Below are positions 26,925 through 39,163 of a DNA stretch of 64,000 bases, one piece after another. Where the stretch lies: assembly GCF_001194135.2 (NCBI RefSeq), contig NC_069002.1, positions 35,202,718-35,266,717 of the forward strand. The letters run 5' to 3'. The position numbers and the translations under genes are program-made. Numbering within the stretch: position 1 is the stretch's first letter; each line of letters opens with the position of its first letter. This DNA comes from Octopus bimaculoides. Its lineage: Eukaryota. The notes under the pieces were generated by a model. That model was not told where the DNA came from, ran no database searches, and saw only the letters and a list, made by a program, of their open reading frames with translations.

Positions 26925-27362
26925 TTCCAAATTGTGGCACATTGCCGGCAGTTTTGGAGAAGGGCGTGAGTCGACTACAACCACCCCAGCGCACGACTGG
27001 TACTTATTTTATCGACAGCAAAATGATGAAAAGAAATGTTGACCCGGGTGCAATTTGAACTCAGAACGTAATGACGGACAAAAAATGCCGCTAAGCATTT
27101 CGTCCGGCGGTCTAGCGATTCTGCCCGCTCGCCGCCTTAATATCAGTACTGAAAATGGTTTCAAATTTTAGCATAAGGTCGGCAATTTCTCGGAAGGAGT
27201 AAAATCGATTACATCGATCCCAGTGATCGACTGGTTCTTAGTTTATCAATTCAGAAAAAATTTAAAAGCAAACTCAATCTCCGTGGAATTTGAACTCAGA
27301 ACGTAAAGACGGACAACTATCACCAATCGTTTCGCCCGACGTGCTAACGATTCTGCCAGCAA
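26925..27362 (-). mobile_element. Two head-to-tail SINE family B copies (26925-27138 and 27155-27362)
   Basis: Each contains ctggtacttattttatcga...atttgaactcagaacgtaa...gctaacgattctgcc. Confidence 0.85.
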
Positions 27363-27717
27363 ACAGCCATGGTATCTGTACTGATTTTAACTTACTATTC
27401 ATAGACGAATAATCAGTGAAAGTGCGTAACCAATTCATAGAGCATCAGTGAAAAATTTCCCCCAGGCTCTATCTACAACAGTAGCATCAACTAGAAAGTA
27501 ACTCAAGTATTAATTCTCAAATCGTTTAGAATTAATCAATTATATATGTTTTCAAAAGGTTCGAGAAATCCGTTTATATACATTCTTTTCTTTTTTTATA
27601 TTCTCGGTATACTTTTTTTTACTTCCGAATAAGGGATGCATTAACATGGATGGCTGAATTTGAGACGTTAGCTTCTCTGCGCCGTAGTGTTTACTAATAC
27701 TTCCTAGATTTAAGACA

Positions 27718-27900
27718 GCGAGATGGCAGAATCATTAGCACACCGGGTAAGATGCTTAGCGGCATTTTGTTCCTCGTCACGTTCTGAGTTCAAATTCCGG
27801 CGACTTTGATAAAAAGAGTTCCAGTTGAAAACTGGCGTCGTTGTAAACAACTTACACCCTTCCCCTAAATTGCTGGCCCTGTGCCAAATTTTGAAACCTA
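27718..27900 (+). mobile_element. SINE family B
   Basis: gcgagatggcagaatcattagcacaccggg...gttctgagttcaaattccggcgacttt. Confidence 0.85.
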
Positions 27901-28748
27901 TATTTCCTTAATTTTCATGATGTAAAATGTATTAGGTCATCCCATAAATAACGCGTTTTTTTATACTTTTTTTTATTTTTGAAAATTAAGGTAAACAAAG
28001 TTCTTTATTTTTAACCTAAACTATACTCTCCTTCATTTTCTACAATGCTCTTCCGGGTATCTGACAGTCCCGCAAGGCCCCTCTTCCAAAATTCACTTTT
28101 CCGGGTAAATTATTTCCCTAAGACAGTAAAGATGTTGATGATACTCAGCTTGGTACAATTCATGTTCCTTCGCTTTCTTATGCACGTGCCCTGGCGCTAC
28201 ACACTCGAATTGATTTTATATCAAAGCCCAGAATCATTTCTAAAGGACTAAAGTAAAAAATTCGTTTCGATGTATTGCACATATGTACATTTAACGGTTG
28301 CGTACCAGTATGTGCGTGTGCGTCCTTTTGTGTATATTTGTGCATGTGTTTGAACGAAGAATCTTTTACCCAGGCCACGTATCAGAGAAGAAAGCTAAAT
28401 TTCCTTACATAAAGACAACGGCAGCTCAAAGGACACGTCACCGAAAACACAAGTAAATATAAATTGATACAAGTAATGTAGTTACATATGCTATATAGTA
28501 AGTTGTAAAACTTCCATCAACTGAAATGTCGAAGCAGTTAATATACAAATTTCTGTTTAGTAGTTGCTAAAGCCTAAAGACAGCTAACAAGAGAGGTAAA
28601 TCTAATAACATCAGTTAATCAAAACTTTTGATAACATCCACAATGCAGATTGTAGCTTACCTTATGTTCACCACAGAGGGGATGCTTAATAAAACCGAAA
28701 CAGCCTAATTTTTTGTTTCTTTCACAAGTCGTTTCTACATTCCACTGC

Positions 28749-28794
<46 letters not shown>

Positions 28795-29518
28795 ATTATT
28801 AATGTTATGAGCACATTGCAATTATCTCCCTTGTTGCTTTAGAAATTTAAAGAGTCTTTGAGCAAGTGTTTGTCACTAGTAGCTTAAACTTAGTTGATCA
28901 AACTTTTTCAATCACTATATTTACATATGTGAGACACTAACGTGTGTACATTTCGTATGCAGAACGCTTCCCTGAGGCAATTCTCCCTCAGCTATATTCT
29001 TCGCAATTTATACCTCAAGGCACCTTTTTTTTTTGTTTTTTGTTTCTGATTTTTCTATCAGCCTGTCAATGGAAATAACACATCACTAAACAACTAATGC
29101 ATATCACAACCTTTACATCAGATTCCTTGTTTATATGACCAATGATGTTTGGAAAACATATTCCTGTCTGAAAAGAGACTTTTGTCAAGCCGTCTACAGA
29201 TCTCTGCCATCTCAAAAAAGAAAAAAAAAATCAATTAACTTCCATCTCTATAGCAAACGAAATTTGATCTGAAAGTTATTTCTTTTTCCATTACACAGGA
29301 AAGAAAAAAAAACTAATATATTTTTAAAACTCATAAGAATACAAATTCTGAAATTATGCAATGGAAAGCGCAAACATATATACATAAACCGAAAGACTTA
29401 CATGCGCGCAACCGTATACAAACACAGGTTGTTATATAAACAGAACTGACAACTACATATATTGATGAGTCTATGGAAGGAGTTCAAACATGGTAAATCG
29501 AGTTGTTAGTAATCACAG

Positions 29519-29911
29519 CTAAATCACATTCAAATCATTCATTTGTCGTAAAACTCTATTCCACCAGTCCTTACAACTCTCCCTATTAATAAGAAGGTAC
29601 AAGTTTCGCAAAGTACAAGTTTTCAGGGTCGATCCTACTGCATAGCTTCTAGTATCACGATTTTCAAAGCATACTTTGAACCATATGCTGTCAGTGAAAG
29701 AAAACACGTAGAAGGAAATTATGGAGTAGACAGAAGAAGGATTTCGCCGGTGCTTGAATGATACATCCTGGTAACACAGTGTGTTACTCTGATTCTGTCT
29801 CAAAAATGCATTAAGAGTTCGCATGTCTGAGGAAGGAACTGCAAGATACACGTCAATAAACGTAGCAGGTAATTTAGTTGAATAAGCACGGGAATTCGTA
29901 TCGTCAAAAGA
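29519..29911 (-). CDS. Probable terminal coding exon, divergent TIR-domain-like
   Basis: Strong acceptor ttttctttttctatatctcag| followed by 130 open codons to TAG: SFDDTNSRAYSTKLPATFIDVYLAVPSSDMRTLNAFLRQNQSNTLCYQDVSFKHRRNPSSVYSIISFYVFSFTDSIWFKVCFE...TLRNLYLLINRESCKDWWNRVLRQMNDLNVI*. By eye it aligns in order to TIR motifs (YD.F.S.S..D, LC..DRDF, S..F..S.W, FW.RLR). Confidence 0.55.
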   Translation of the reverse strand, partial: SFDDTNSRAYSTKLPATFIDVYLAVPSSDMRTLNAFLRQNQSNTLCYQDVSFKHRRNPSSVYSIISFYVFSFTDSIWFKVCFENRDTRSYAVGSTLKTCTLRNLYLLINRESCKDWWNRVLRQMNDLNVI

Positions 29912-30165
29912 CTGAGATATAGAAAAAGAAAATGTGCACATGCACACACCCAACCGCATTTATGCAGATGTACACACAAAATACATACATGCATGTGTAT
30001 ACACACGCATACATGCATGTGTACATACACACACATACATGCATGTGTACAAACATGCATTTGTACACACGCACACACACACACACATATATACTCACAC
30101 ACATTATTAATAATGAAAAGGGAGATTTTTCACATCCATAATTGGATTCAGTTATTTACATTTTT

Positions 30166-30253
30166 CGGGACCTACACGCGTTTCAACTGCAGCCATTGCA
30201 CACTGTCTGCTATGCAGCCTGCTATCATGGCCGGTGCAGTTCCATCAGGACCG
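30166..30253 (-). ncRNA. Penelope-type (type I, minimal helix III) hammerhead ribozyme motif, possibly degenerate
   Basis: Minus strand: cggtc-CUGAUGG-aactgca...tgcagtt-GAAAC-gcgt-GUA-ggtc. Helix II has a 7-bp perfect stem plus a 5-bp extension, and helix III contains the palindrome ACGCGT. Core position A9 reads G. Confidence 0.55.
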
Positions 30254-30380
30254 TTGTAGTTACCCGGCATCTGAAACCGACCCCAGAGGAAACGCAGTTA
30301 CTACCAAGATAATATATACCCTCAAACTCATTATACATACATGTATGTATGTATGTATACACAGGGTCACACACACACAT

Positions 30381-30420
<40 letters not shown>

Positions 30421-31209
30421 ATATTTGCATATATATATTTAATACTTTTGTGGAGGGTTAAAAGCAGAGAGACCCATAAACAATATCCTGGGAATATTGA
30501 CTTAAACAACAATGAGATAGAAAAGTCGAAGGCTATACGTGGTCTATCTATCTATCTATACGGAGAGAGGCTCGGAGTGAGAGGTCGGTAGCTAATTATT
30601 TATTCATTCGTTCTTCAGAGCATGTCTCTTGCAACAGGAATGATCTCTCAGAGACTTCTCTGTAGGTTGGCCTTTGTTTCTGCGATTCACCTTAGTCGTC
30701 ACGACCCGCCCACAGGTCGGTGAGTGTGTTAGTTAAAAACCTAAGCAAAATATGTCTCAGAAGGCGGAAACCGAACACAAGAACACCCCGTCGTATTCTT
30801 TCTGACAATCTGCCTGTAATCAGTCATAAGTATTAATTCAAATTCACCCGTAGGTCAGCAGAAAGTTACGTTTGTTTAACCATCATATATAGTTGTGTAG
30901 AATAATTACAGGATGGAAAGATCTGAAATTTTAATTATTATAAACTAATTAAAATGTGAATGCTGACAATTCGTTGGGGAGCAAATATGATCTTTGCAAT
31001 ACAACTAATACCTCATTGCTAGGTAACCATGCGGAGCATGTACTTGAGCTTTTCACCTCGGTTGGAAAAAACTTTTTTTTTGTTTTCGAGCCTGAAGCAA
31101 TTTCAAGATAAGTTAACAACGACAGCAACAACAACTACACTAGCAACGGTAAATGTCAGATATCCAATAAAAAGAAAGACGTCGTTATTTCTTATTTCTG
31201 AATGCACAG

Positions 31210-31410
31210 GGGACAAACAAGAACAGAAAAAGGGATTAAGTCGATTACATCGACCCCAGAGCGTAACTAGTACTTAATTTATCGACCCCGAAAAAGTGAA
31301 AGGCAAAGTCGACCTCGACGGAATTTGAACTCAGAGCGGAGCGCCAGACGAAATACTGCTAAGCATTTGGCCCGGCGGGGTAACGTTTCTGCCAGCTCGC
31401 CGGCTCGACG
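31210..31410 (-). mobile_element. SINE family B, well conserved
   Basis: tcgaccccgaaaaagtgaaaggcaaagtcgacctcgacggaatttgaactcag...ctgccagctcgcc. Confidence 0.9.
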
Positions 31411-31769
31411 TCGTTATTTCTGTCGAGCAATAATAAAAGGAAAGATGTGTTTGGGATTTACTATTCAATACAGGTCGGCGAGAATGTGCCTCAATGACTG
31501 CGCGACGTTCGTATAATTTTTTTATGACAATACGAATATTACTTTAAGAACCTCTTTTACCAAAGCTACCCCTGAGCCGTTTTAACTAAGTGCTTACAAT
31601 GTAATGCATTCCTGGGATTATTTGCTTAAGAAAACGTCCGGATGTTCATGACAGGAATGGTCTTCAATTCTGACACTCGATTACATAAACTGTTTACTAT
31701 TTTCTCATGAACCATTTATTCAGACCCACATGTTACATTTTGTAGTGGTTGATCTTTCGTGTTTTATCG

Positions 31770-32150
31770 TTTACTTGTTTCAGACATTTGACAACGGCCA
31801 TGCTGGGGCATCGCCTTGAAGAACTTTTAGCTGAATGAATCAACCGCAGGACTTTTTAAGCCTAGAACTTATTCTCTCCGTCTCTTTTACCATACCACCA
31901 GGCGACGAGACGAAGACACACCAGCAACAGATAAGCGGTGAAACAAAAATAGACACAAAGGCACACACACCCATATACATATATATATATATATATATTG
32001 AGAGAGAGATGACGGCATTTTTTCAGTTTCCGTCAACTAAATGCACTCAGACGAAGGCACTTGCCCAAGGTGTCACGCAGTGAGACTGAACCTAGAACAT
32101 ATGTGGTCGAGATGCAAATCTCTTACCACACAGCCACGCTTGCACCTACA
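31770..32150 (-). mobile_element. SINE family A
   Basis: cttgtttcagacatttgacaacggccatgctgg...ttcagtttccgtc...ttaccacacagccac. Confidence 0.8.
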
Positions 32151-32714
32151 TTTTGGCTTTAATTAATTTTAATTAATTAAAATTTCGGATCTTTTTCTCT
32201 TGTAATTAATCCCCACAACCATAGTTGATTATTTAGCAAACTTAACTTTCTACTCAGTTAGGCGGGCGGGTGAATTTTAATTAGTATTTATTACTGACAA
32301 CTGTGTGGGGAAATTAGCCTTATCTTTGCTCTAGTTAGTGAAGGTTAGTCACGGTTAAACTATGACACGCTTCGTTGAATCGTGGTTAGTCACGATAAGT
32401 TACAACAGAACAGACGTGTCGGCAACAACACGCAGCAGTTTAGGTGACACGCAGAGAACTTTTTTAAAAAATGTACCCCCAACACTGTTAAATGAGCTTT
32501 AGACGGGTGTTTCATATGCGTAACGATTCCTTCTATCCTTCTCCCTGCCTGGTTCTCTCTTCCTCTCTCTCTCTCTCTCTGAATTGCTCTCTTTCACTTA
32601 CTCTTTTTCTCTCTCCCTGGGTCTGTATGTCTCTCCCTTTCTCGCTCTCTTTCTCGATATCTCTTCACCTTTCTCTCTTTCTGCCTCATTTTATTATTTT
32701 ACTTATCTCAGCCA

Positions 32715-33055
32715 TATGGCTGCAGCCATGCTAGAGCACCGCCTTGAAGACTCTTAGTCGAAGAAATTAACACCAGGATTTATTGTTTTTATCCTAGTAT
32801 TTATCGGTCTCTTTTGCCGAACCACTAACTTACGGATGCATAACCACACCAACACCGGTAATGAAGCGGAGGTGGGGGTCAAACACACACACACATATAC
32901 GCGATAAGTTTCTTTCAGTTTATGTCTATCAAACCCACTCACAAGGCCTTGGTCGGCCGGAGGCTATAGCGAAAGGCTTGCCCAAAATGTCACGCATTGG
33001 GTCTGAACCCTGAACTATGTGGTTAGGAAGCAAGCTTCTTAGCACTCATCCACGC
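32715..33055 (-). mobile_element. SINE family A
   Basis: gcagccatgctagagcaccgcc...ccactcacaaggccttggtcggccggaggctatag. Confidence 0.8.
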
Positions 33056-33059
33056 TTAT

Positions 33060-33425
33060 ATTTCACTCTCTCTCTCTTTCTCCTCTTTCTCTACTTCTCC
33101 CCTTTCTCTCTCTTTTTATCTACCTTTCTCTGTGGTTTTCTTTCTCCCTATTCTCTCTCTTTCTATCTACATTTCTCTCTTTTTCTTTTTCCCCATTCTC
33201 TCTCTTTCTATCTACCTTTCTCTCTCCCCTTTCTCTCTCTTTCTATCTACATTTCTCTCTCCCCTTTCTCTCTCTTTCTATCTACATTTCTCTCTCTTTC
33301 TATCTACATTTCTCTCTCTTTCTATCTACATTTCTCTCTCTATCTACATTTCTCTCTCTTTCTATCTACATTTCTCTCTTTATATCTACATTTCTCTCTT
33401 TTTCTTTCTCTTTCCCCATTTCTCT
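33060..33425. repeat. Pyrimidine minisatellite, unit about TTTCTATCTACATTTCTCTCTC(T)
   Basis: The 20-30 bp unit is repeated roughly nine times; source of the FSLFLSTFL ORFs. Confidence 0.85.
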
Positions 33426-34184
33426 CCTCTGTCTCTCATTCTCTATCTCCCTTTGCCTGTTCCCCCTCTGTCCCTCTCTCTAATATCACACATCCTGCTT
33501 TACTCCACCCGTATCAGTCTTTCTCTTCTACACCTCCATTTAAATCTCCCACTAATACTGTCTGCATCAATAGGTTTTCCTTCGTCTCTATATAATGTAG
33601 CCTTCATATTTCCAGCACAGTAACAGAAACCTAAGAAATACTAGCTGTTATTTCTAGCATATTACAGTATAGTATAAACGTTCTTACAAGTACCAATCAA
33701 TACACACTTACCACAACCACATTATCTAATCATTAGCAGTCTATCGCCACTCAATCTTTGCTGATATAAAACATACATACTTATACACATAAAAATTCAT
33801 ATATACATATATGTGTGTGTGTATGTTATGAATACATACACTCACACACATATATATATCGATATATATATATATGTATATATTATATACATATGTGTGT
33901 GTGTTGTATTATATGTAAAGTAGTAAGCAACGCTGAACAGCAGTCAGTATTCATTTATTCGTCTCTTAGTTTTCGTTTCGATCAGTTCTTTTAATAACTC
34001 CATCGGTCCATCGGAACCAATCAATTCTTCGACACTGATAGCAAGAGAAATATGCGTCGGAGCCCTACCCACCGCCCGCAAAACAGTGGTCAGAGCAACT
34101 CTAACTTTTGGCAATCATAATCTCATTATTCAACAGACTAATTCCACCAGTAGAAATGTAAATTTACCATTTCAACAGACATAC

Positions 34185-34279
34185 TTTATGGCATATGTTC
34201 TTCAATGCAAATATTTTTATCCTGTCTGATCTCCCCATTTGAACGCTGTCCAACAACACGGATTGTGGTGGAATCAATG
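34185..34279 (-). CDS. Candidate penultimate exon of the TIR-like gene (phase 1-0)
   Basis: Strong acceptor ttttcgctttccttag and donor AAA|gtatgt. Reads (P)[31 protein letters not shown], and its phase fits the 29911 exon. Confidence 0.35.
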
Positions 34280-34328
34280 CTAAGGAAAGCGAAAACATAC
34301 AAAGAAACATATACACTTACATATGTTT

Positions 34329-34378
<50 letters not shown>

Positions 34379-34688
34379 GTGTATACGAATATATATATAT
34401 ATATATATATCTATATACATATATATGTGTGTACTTCTATCTTTGTATTGTCTTGTCTATCTGCATGCATACATAAGTGTGTTTGTGAATGTGTGTGAGT
34501 GTGCGCTTGTACAAATTTATAAAGGTGGTAATTTTGGGTCAACATGTCCAAACTCATTCAGCGAATATTTTTTATGTTCCAGTCATGGTTTTTACATATC
34601 CATATCTCATTGTATGTGATTAGATGAGTGAGTATATAATTTGGAAATAATACATGTAGCTTTCAATATATATATGAAATATGTACAG

Positions 34689-34727
<39 letters not shown>

Positions 34728-34773
34728 AACACATATTTGCGCAAAAATATACATACATATACATAACTATAAA

Positions 34774-34846
<73 letters not shown>

Positions 34847-35047
34847 CCTAGCGACAATATAGCCTTTGGATTTTACCACTTCTGAAGTTTTCGCTCGCTA
34901 TGTAACATATGTAGCCCGAATTTTTCCTACTCCATTCCGTAACTCCTGTATGTATGTATGAATGTATGTATACATTATATGTGTGTGTGTGTGTATATAT
35001 TGTGTCATCCGATAAATGCAGCAGTTTTTTTATATACTCTTTTTATA

Positions 35048-35208
35048 CAGTAACCCCATGCCGTATCGCTGTTCGACTATCATGCATTCAGTAGATCACC
35101 GTTTACATATCGTGCACTCAATACATCGCGGGTTTTCTGGCTAATATATGTAAATTTATATCGCGTACTCCTCAGTGTATCGCAGGTTTCTGCAACCGAT
35201 AGGTACTG

Positions 35209-35248
<40 letters not shown>

Positions 35249-35559
35249 TTTTAATTATTTCCATGGTAAAATAAGCATTTTCACGCCTTAAAATTAATAA
35301 ATGAATAAACAAAAATAGAGTACAGTACTGCACTGTATAACACGTTAAAGATATATTAAAAGAAAATACGTAGTGTACCGCAGATGAGTAAACAAACAGT
35401 CGCACATACTGTTGGGAAACGAAAGTCGGGAGGCGAGTGCGTGGTATTGTTTTGCATTCTTAATAATACATGCACATTGCAAAAATGATTTTAAAAATAT
35501 ATACATTACAGTAGTTTTACTTCGCGGATTTTCACCCGCGACAGTGGAAGGGATTACTG
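35048..35559. mobile_element. pogo/Tigger-like MITE
   Basis: TA|CAGTAACCCC start and GGGATTACTG end. Internally homologous to the copy at 53426-53784. Confidence 0.7.
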
Positions 35560-35609
35560 CACTTTTATTTTTCAAAATTAAGAAAAAGAAATTTCTGTTT
35601 TAATCTAAA

Positions 35610-36180
35610 ATATACTATCCCTTTTCTAGAATGCTTATTAATCTCTGTGGTAGACCATCAAAGCACCTCTTCCAAAATCCACTCTACCGTGGCGAAAAAT
35701 ACACTTCCACTACTGTTCTGACCTTGTCTACAGAATTCTTTTTTTCTTTGTTTTTTTTTTTTGCCAAATGATTTTGAAGGCTGCAGAATAAATGATAATC
35801 AGATGGGGAAATATCCAGTGAATATAGATGGTGGGGCATCGTTTCCCATTCAAACTGCTGCAGCATTTAGAATGCCATACTCAGTGTATGTTGTCGAGCA
35901 TTATCCTGATGTAAAAACACCTTTCGTATTGAAACTAAAGGTAGTCGTTCTTCTTCTAGCTTGGACTTTAAAGGCTGGTTAAATGACCAAATCCAAGCTT
36001 TTCTGCTCGTTCCTCAACAGTTACGATGGGATTTCATTCCAACAGGCTTTGCCAGATGTTATCGTCGAGCTCTACAGTACTTTCAGAACATGGCTTGTCT
36101 TCTAGGCTATAGGTTCCGTCTCGGAGTTTCTGGAACCACCGTTGACACTCGCCTCCTCTTATTGTCCGATCCCCATATAC
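35610..36180 (-). mobile_element. mariner transposon remnant, internally deleted
   Basis: N-terminal AVYGDRTIRGGECQRWFQKLRDGTYSLEDKP..., then LQQFEWETMPHHLYSLDISPSDYHLFCSLQNHL, a degenerate form of the mariner HPPYSPDLAPSDYHLF motif. Confidence 0.85.
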
Positions 36181-36194
36181 TGCTTTAATATTCC

Positions 36195-36671
36195 GTTATA
36201 TAGGAGTAAGACCTTGAATTTAGAGGAAGGTTTTAACTAATTTTACCTAAACTAATACCTGACTGGTACTTTATTTTACTGACACTGTCAGGGGGAAAAG
36301 TAATATTGATATCAGAAGGAACTGAACTCAGGAAGTAAAGAGTCGAACCAATTACCGCAACACATTTTCTTTGAGGCGCTAACGATTCAATCATCTCACC
36401 AGTGTGACAACAACGGTATTCGTAAATATTTCCTGATTTAGACACAAGACCAGCAATTTTGAGAGAAAGATATGATTAGCGTAAACTAATTTCGAATTTT
36501 GCCACAAGGCTAGCAATTCCAGAGGAGAGAATAATCAGATTACATCGACCATAGTGGACATCTGCTGCATATTTTATAGACCTCCAAAGGATGAGAGGCA
36601 AGTCGATCCATGCGGCATTTCAACTTTAGTTAAAACCTTCCTCTAAATTCAAGCTCTTACTCCTATATAAC
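36195..36671. repeat. 46-bp near-perfect inverted repeat (36195-36240 and 36626-36671) enclosing two SINE B fragments
   Basis: gttatataggagtaagaccttgaatttagaggaaggttttaactaa versus its reverse complement, with one mismatch. Confidence 0.9.
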
Positions 36672-37393
36672 AATCAATTATTGTTGCTTTTTTTTTTTTC
36701 ACGGAATCATCAAAACGGTGACAGCAACAACTGTAGAAGCATTTATTAGGCATTACCTGCGAAGATATTCCTTATCGAATATAAATATTTTGAATTACCT
36801 ACATTTCTCAATTGTATGATATTTGCCTACTACGTGCAACAAATCCAACAATTCTAATATGAATTTATGTCTTTTTTTCTATAGGAATGGGTTTTTCTGG
36901 CGTCGATTCGTATTGATGAGTTTGGTTGCTTCAAATTCCTATATTAATCCATCTCTTTACGATCAATAACAAACGTACGAAAACTGCTCTGGCACTCAGC
37001 AGAATCAGTCAAATTCCTCTCTAAAATACGCCAATAACCTTCTGCCAATATAAGGAATTATTATTACAGAAAACCGTCCACATTGCACGGTGACAGAATA
37101 CATCCGCAGCGGGAGAAAACTTGAACGTGCCTTCAATGCTAAATCAACAGAATCCTTACATCTGATGGCCACTTCCACTTTCATTAATAGAAATATGATG
37201 TATTAAGACATCTTCTTTATTTCTCCTTTCCTTGGTTGGAAACCGACAATAATCTTCCTCTTCCTAATTTCATTTTGTGTATATTTCTTCATTTCTGTGA
37301 GTGTGTGCAAACGGCGATTTCAGAGGACATATTTTACAACAGGAATTATCCATTCGTAGACGAAAATTCTTTTTATCGTATTCTTTTATATAA

Positions 37394-37432
<39 letters not shown>

Positions 37433-38338
37433 ACATGTAAATGGTACGAATGATAAAATAACGTGTTATTTAACTATCATATGTAGAAAAAAAAATAATA
37501 TGCCTGGAAGGAAACCTGAGTAAAACAAAAATATTTTGTCTACGTCTGTAAAAGCTCTGTAGAAGTAAGGATAGACAAACCATTAAAAAAAAACCCAACC
37601 CCTATGATAACAGCAAGAACAGCAAAGTAAAAGAAAAATATATAAGGAATTGAGGGAAAAGAAGCTGAAGCATCATAGAAAGGAATATAAGATTTGATGT
37701 GTATTTGGCTAGCGTATAAATAACTGTGTTTATCTGCTCTAATATGAATAGTTGTCAAATAACTGATCTTCCGTTAGACAACTGAGAATGTTGCGAAGTA
37801 AAGCAAAACAAAAACTATACAAATACTGTTATATAAATAATAAATAAAACAGGCAACTTAATGTATATATTTTACTTCTGCGGTATATGAGAATACGCTT
37901 TTATATGTATAGATGTATGTTTGTGTGGTTACAAATATAAACATATATATGTACGTGTATGCATATATACAGACTGATATACACGCAAAAATTATAAATA
38001 CGTAGATATTTGTATTTAGGCAGACTCAGAAATATATGTTTTTGTACATATTGAGGTATAAAGAAATGTGTATCTTTGTGCGAATAAGTATTCAAATACA
38101 TATATATATGTGTGTTTGTGGGTGAGTATGTGTGTGTGAGTGTGTGTGTGTGTTTTGGAAAGAAATATACACACATATGTTTGTATGCATGCATATATTT
38201 ATATGTTCCACTTACAATGACATTTATATAAATAAAAGGTTACGTTTTTTTATATCTTCCAATACAAAGTGTAAAAAACAGTAACTTGTACATTTAACAT
38301 ACAAATGTGTATGTGTATATAAGTACATAAACAAAAAT

Positions 38339-38420
<82 letters not shown>

Positions 38421-38575
38421 NNNNNNNNNNNNNNNNNNNNNNNNNNNNNNNNNNNNNNNNNNNNNNNNNNNNNNNNNNNNNNNNNNNNNNNNNNNNNNNN
38501 NNNNNNNNNNNNNNNNNNNNNNNNNNNNNNNNNNNNNNNNNNNNNNNNNNNNNNNNNNNNNNNNNNNNNNNNNNN

Positions 38576-38609
<34 letters not shown>

Positions 38610-39163
38610 TATATGTTTGTACATAAGTATATAAGTATTGATATTGATATGCCTGTTTGAGTGCGATTGAGAGTTTCAGTGATTGAATGTGTGTGGTCCA
38701 TGATTGGAAAATTGACAGCAATTTATAACTTGATATTGTCACCAGACTAAAAAGACCACGCATCAAGTATCGAATTATTATTTCCCATAATGTTTTGTTG
38801 TTCTTTTTTTTTGTTTTGCTATAATCTTAGTTTTATTCTCCAAATTGCATCACCACCACGCCAATGGTAGCATTAACACCGCTACCACTACCACCACCAG
38901 ACAACTACCACCACTACTGGTTGTGGTGGATAGCAGAGCAGTGGTCGATAATTCGACAGGTATATGAAATGGTGAATATAATAATTTAATTATGATAGTT
39001 TGAAGACCAATAAATTGGTATATAATTTATTTTTAATGCCTTGAGTTTCAGAAACAATTAACTCAGTAGTAGTAGTAGTAGTAGTAGTTCTTTCATTGCG
39101 TTTGCTATCAATCAAGTTATCACCATTCAGCTTAAATCCACAACGGTTCTTCGCGCGCCTTAC

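Noticed and set aside
33712-33760. Minus-strand segment with a good acceptor and GTG|gtaagt donor
   Set aside because: Stops in all three frames. GTAAGT hexamers are expected many times by chance in 64 kb of AT-rich DNA.
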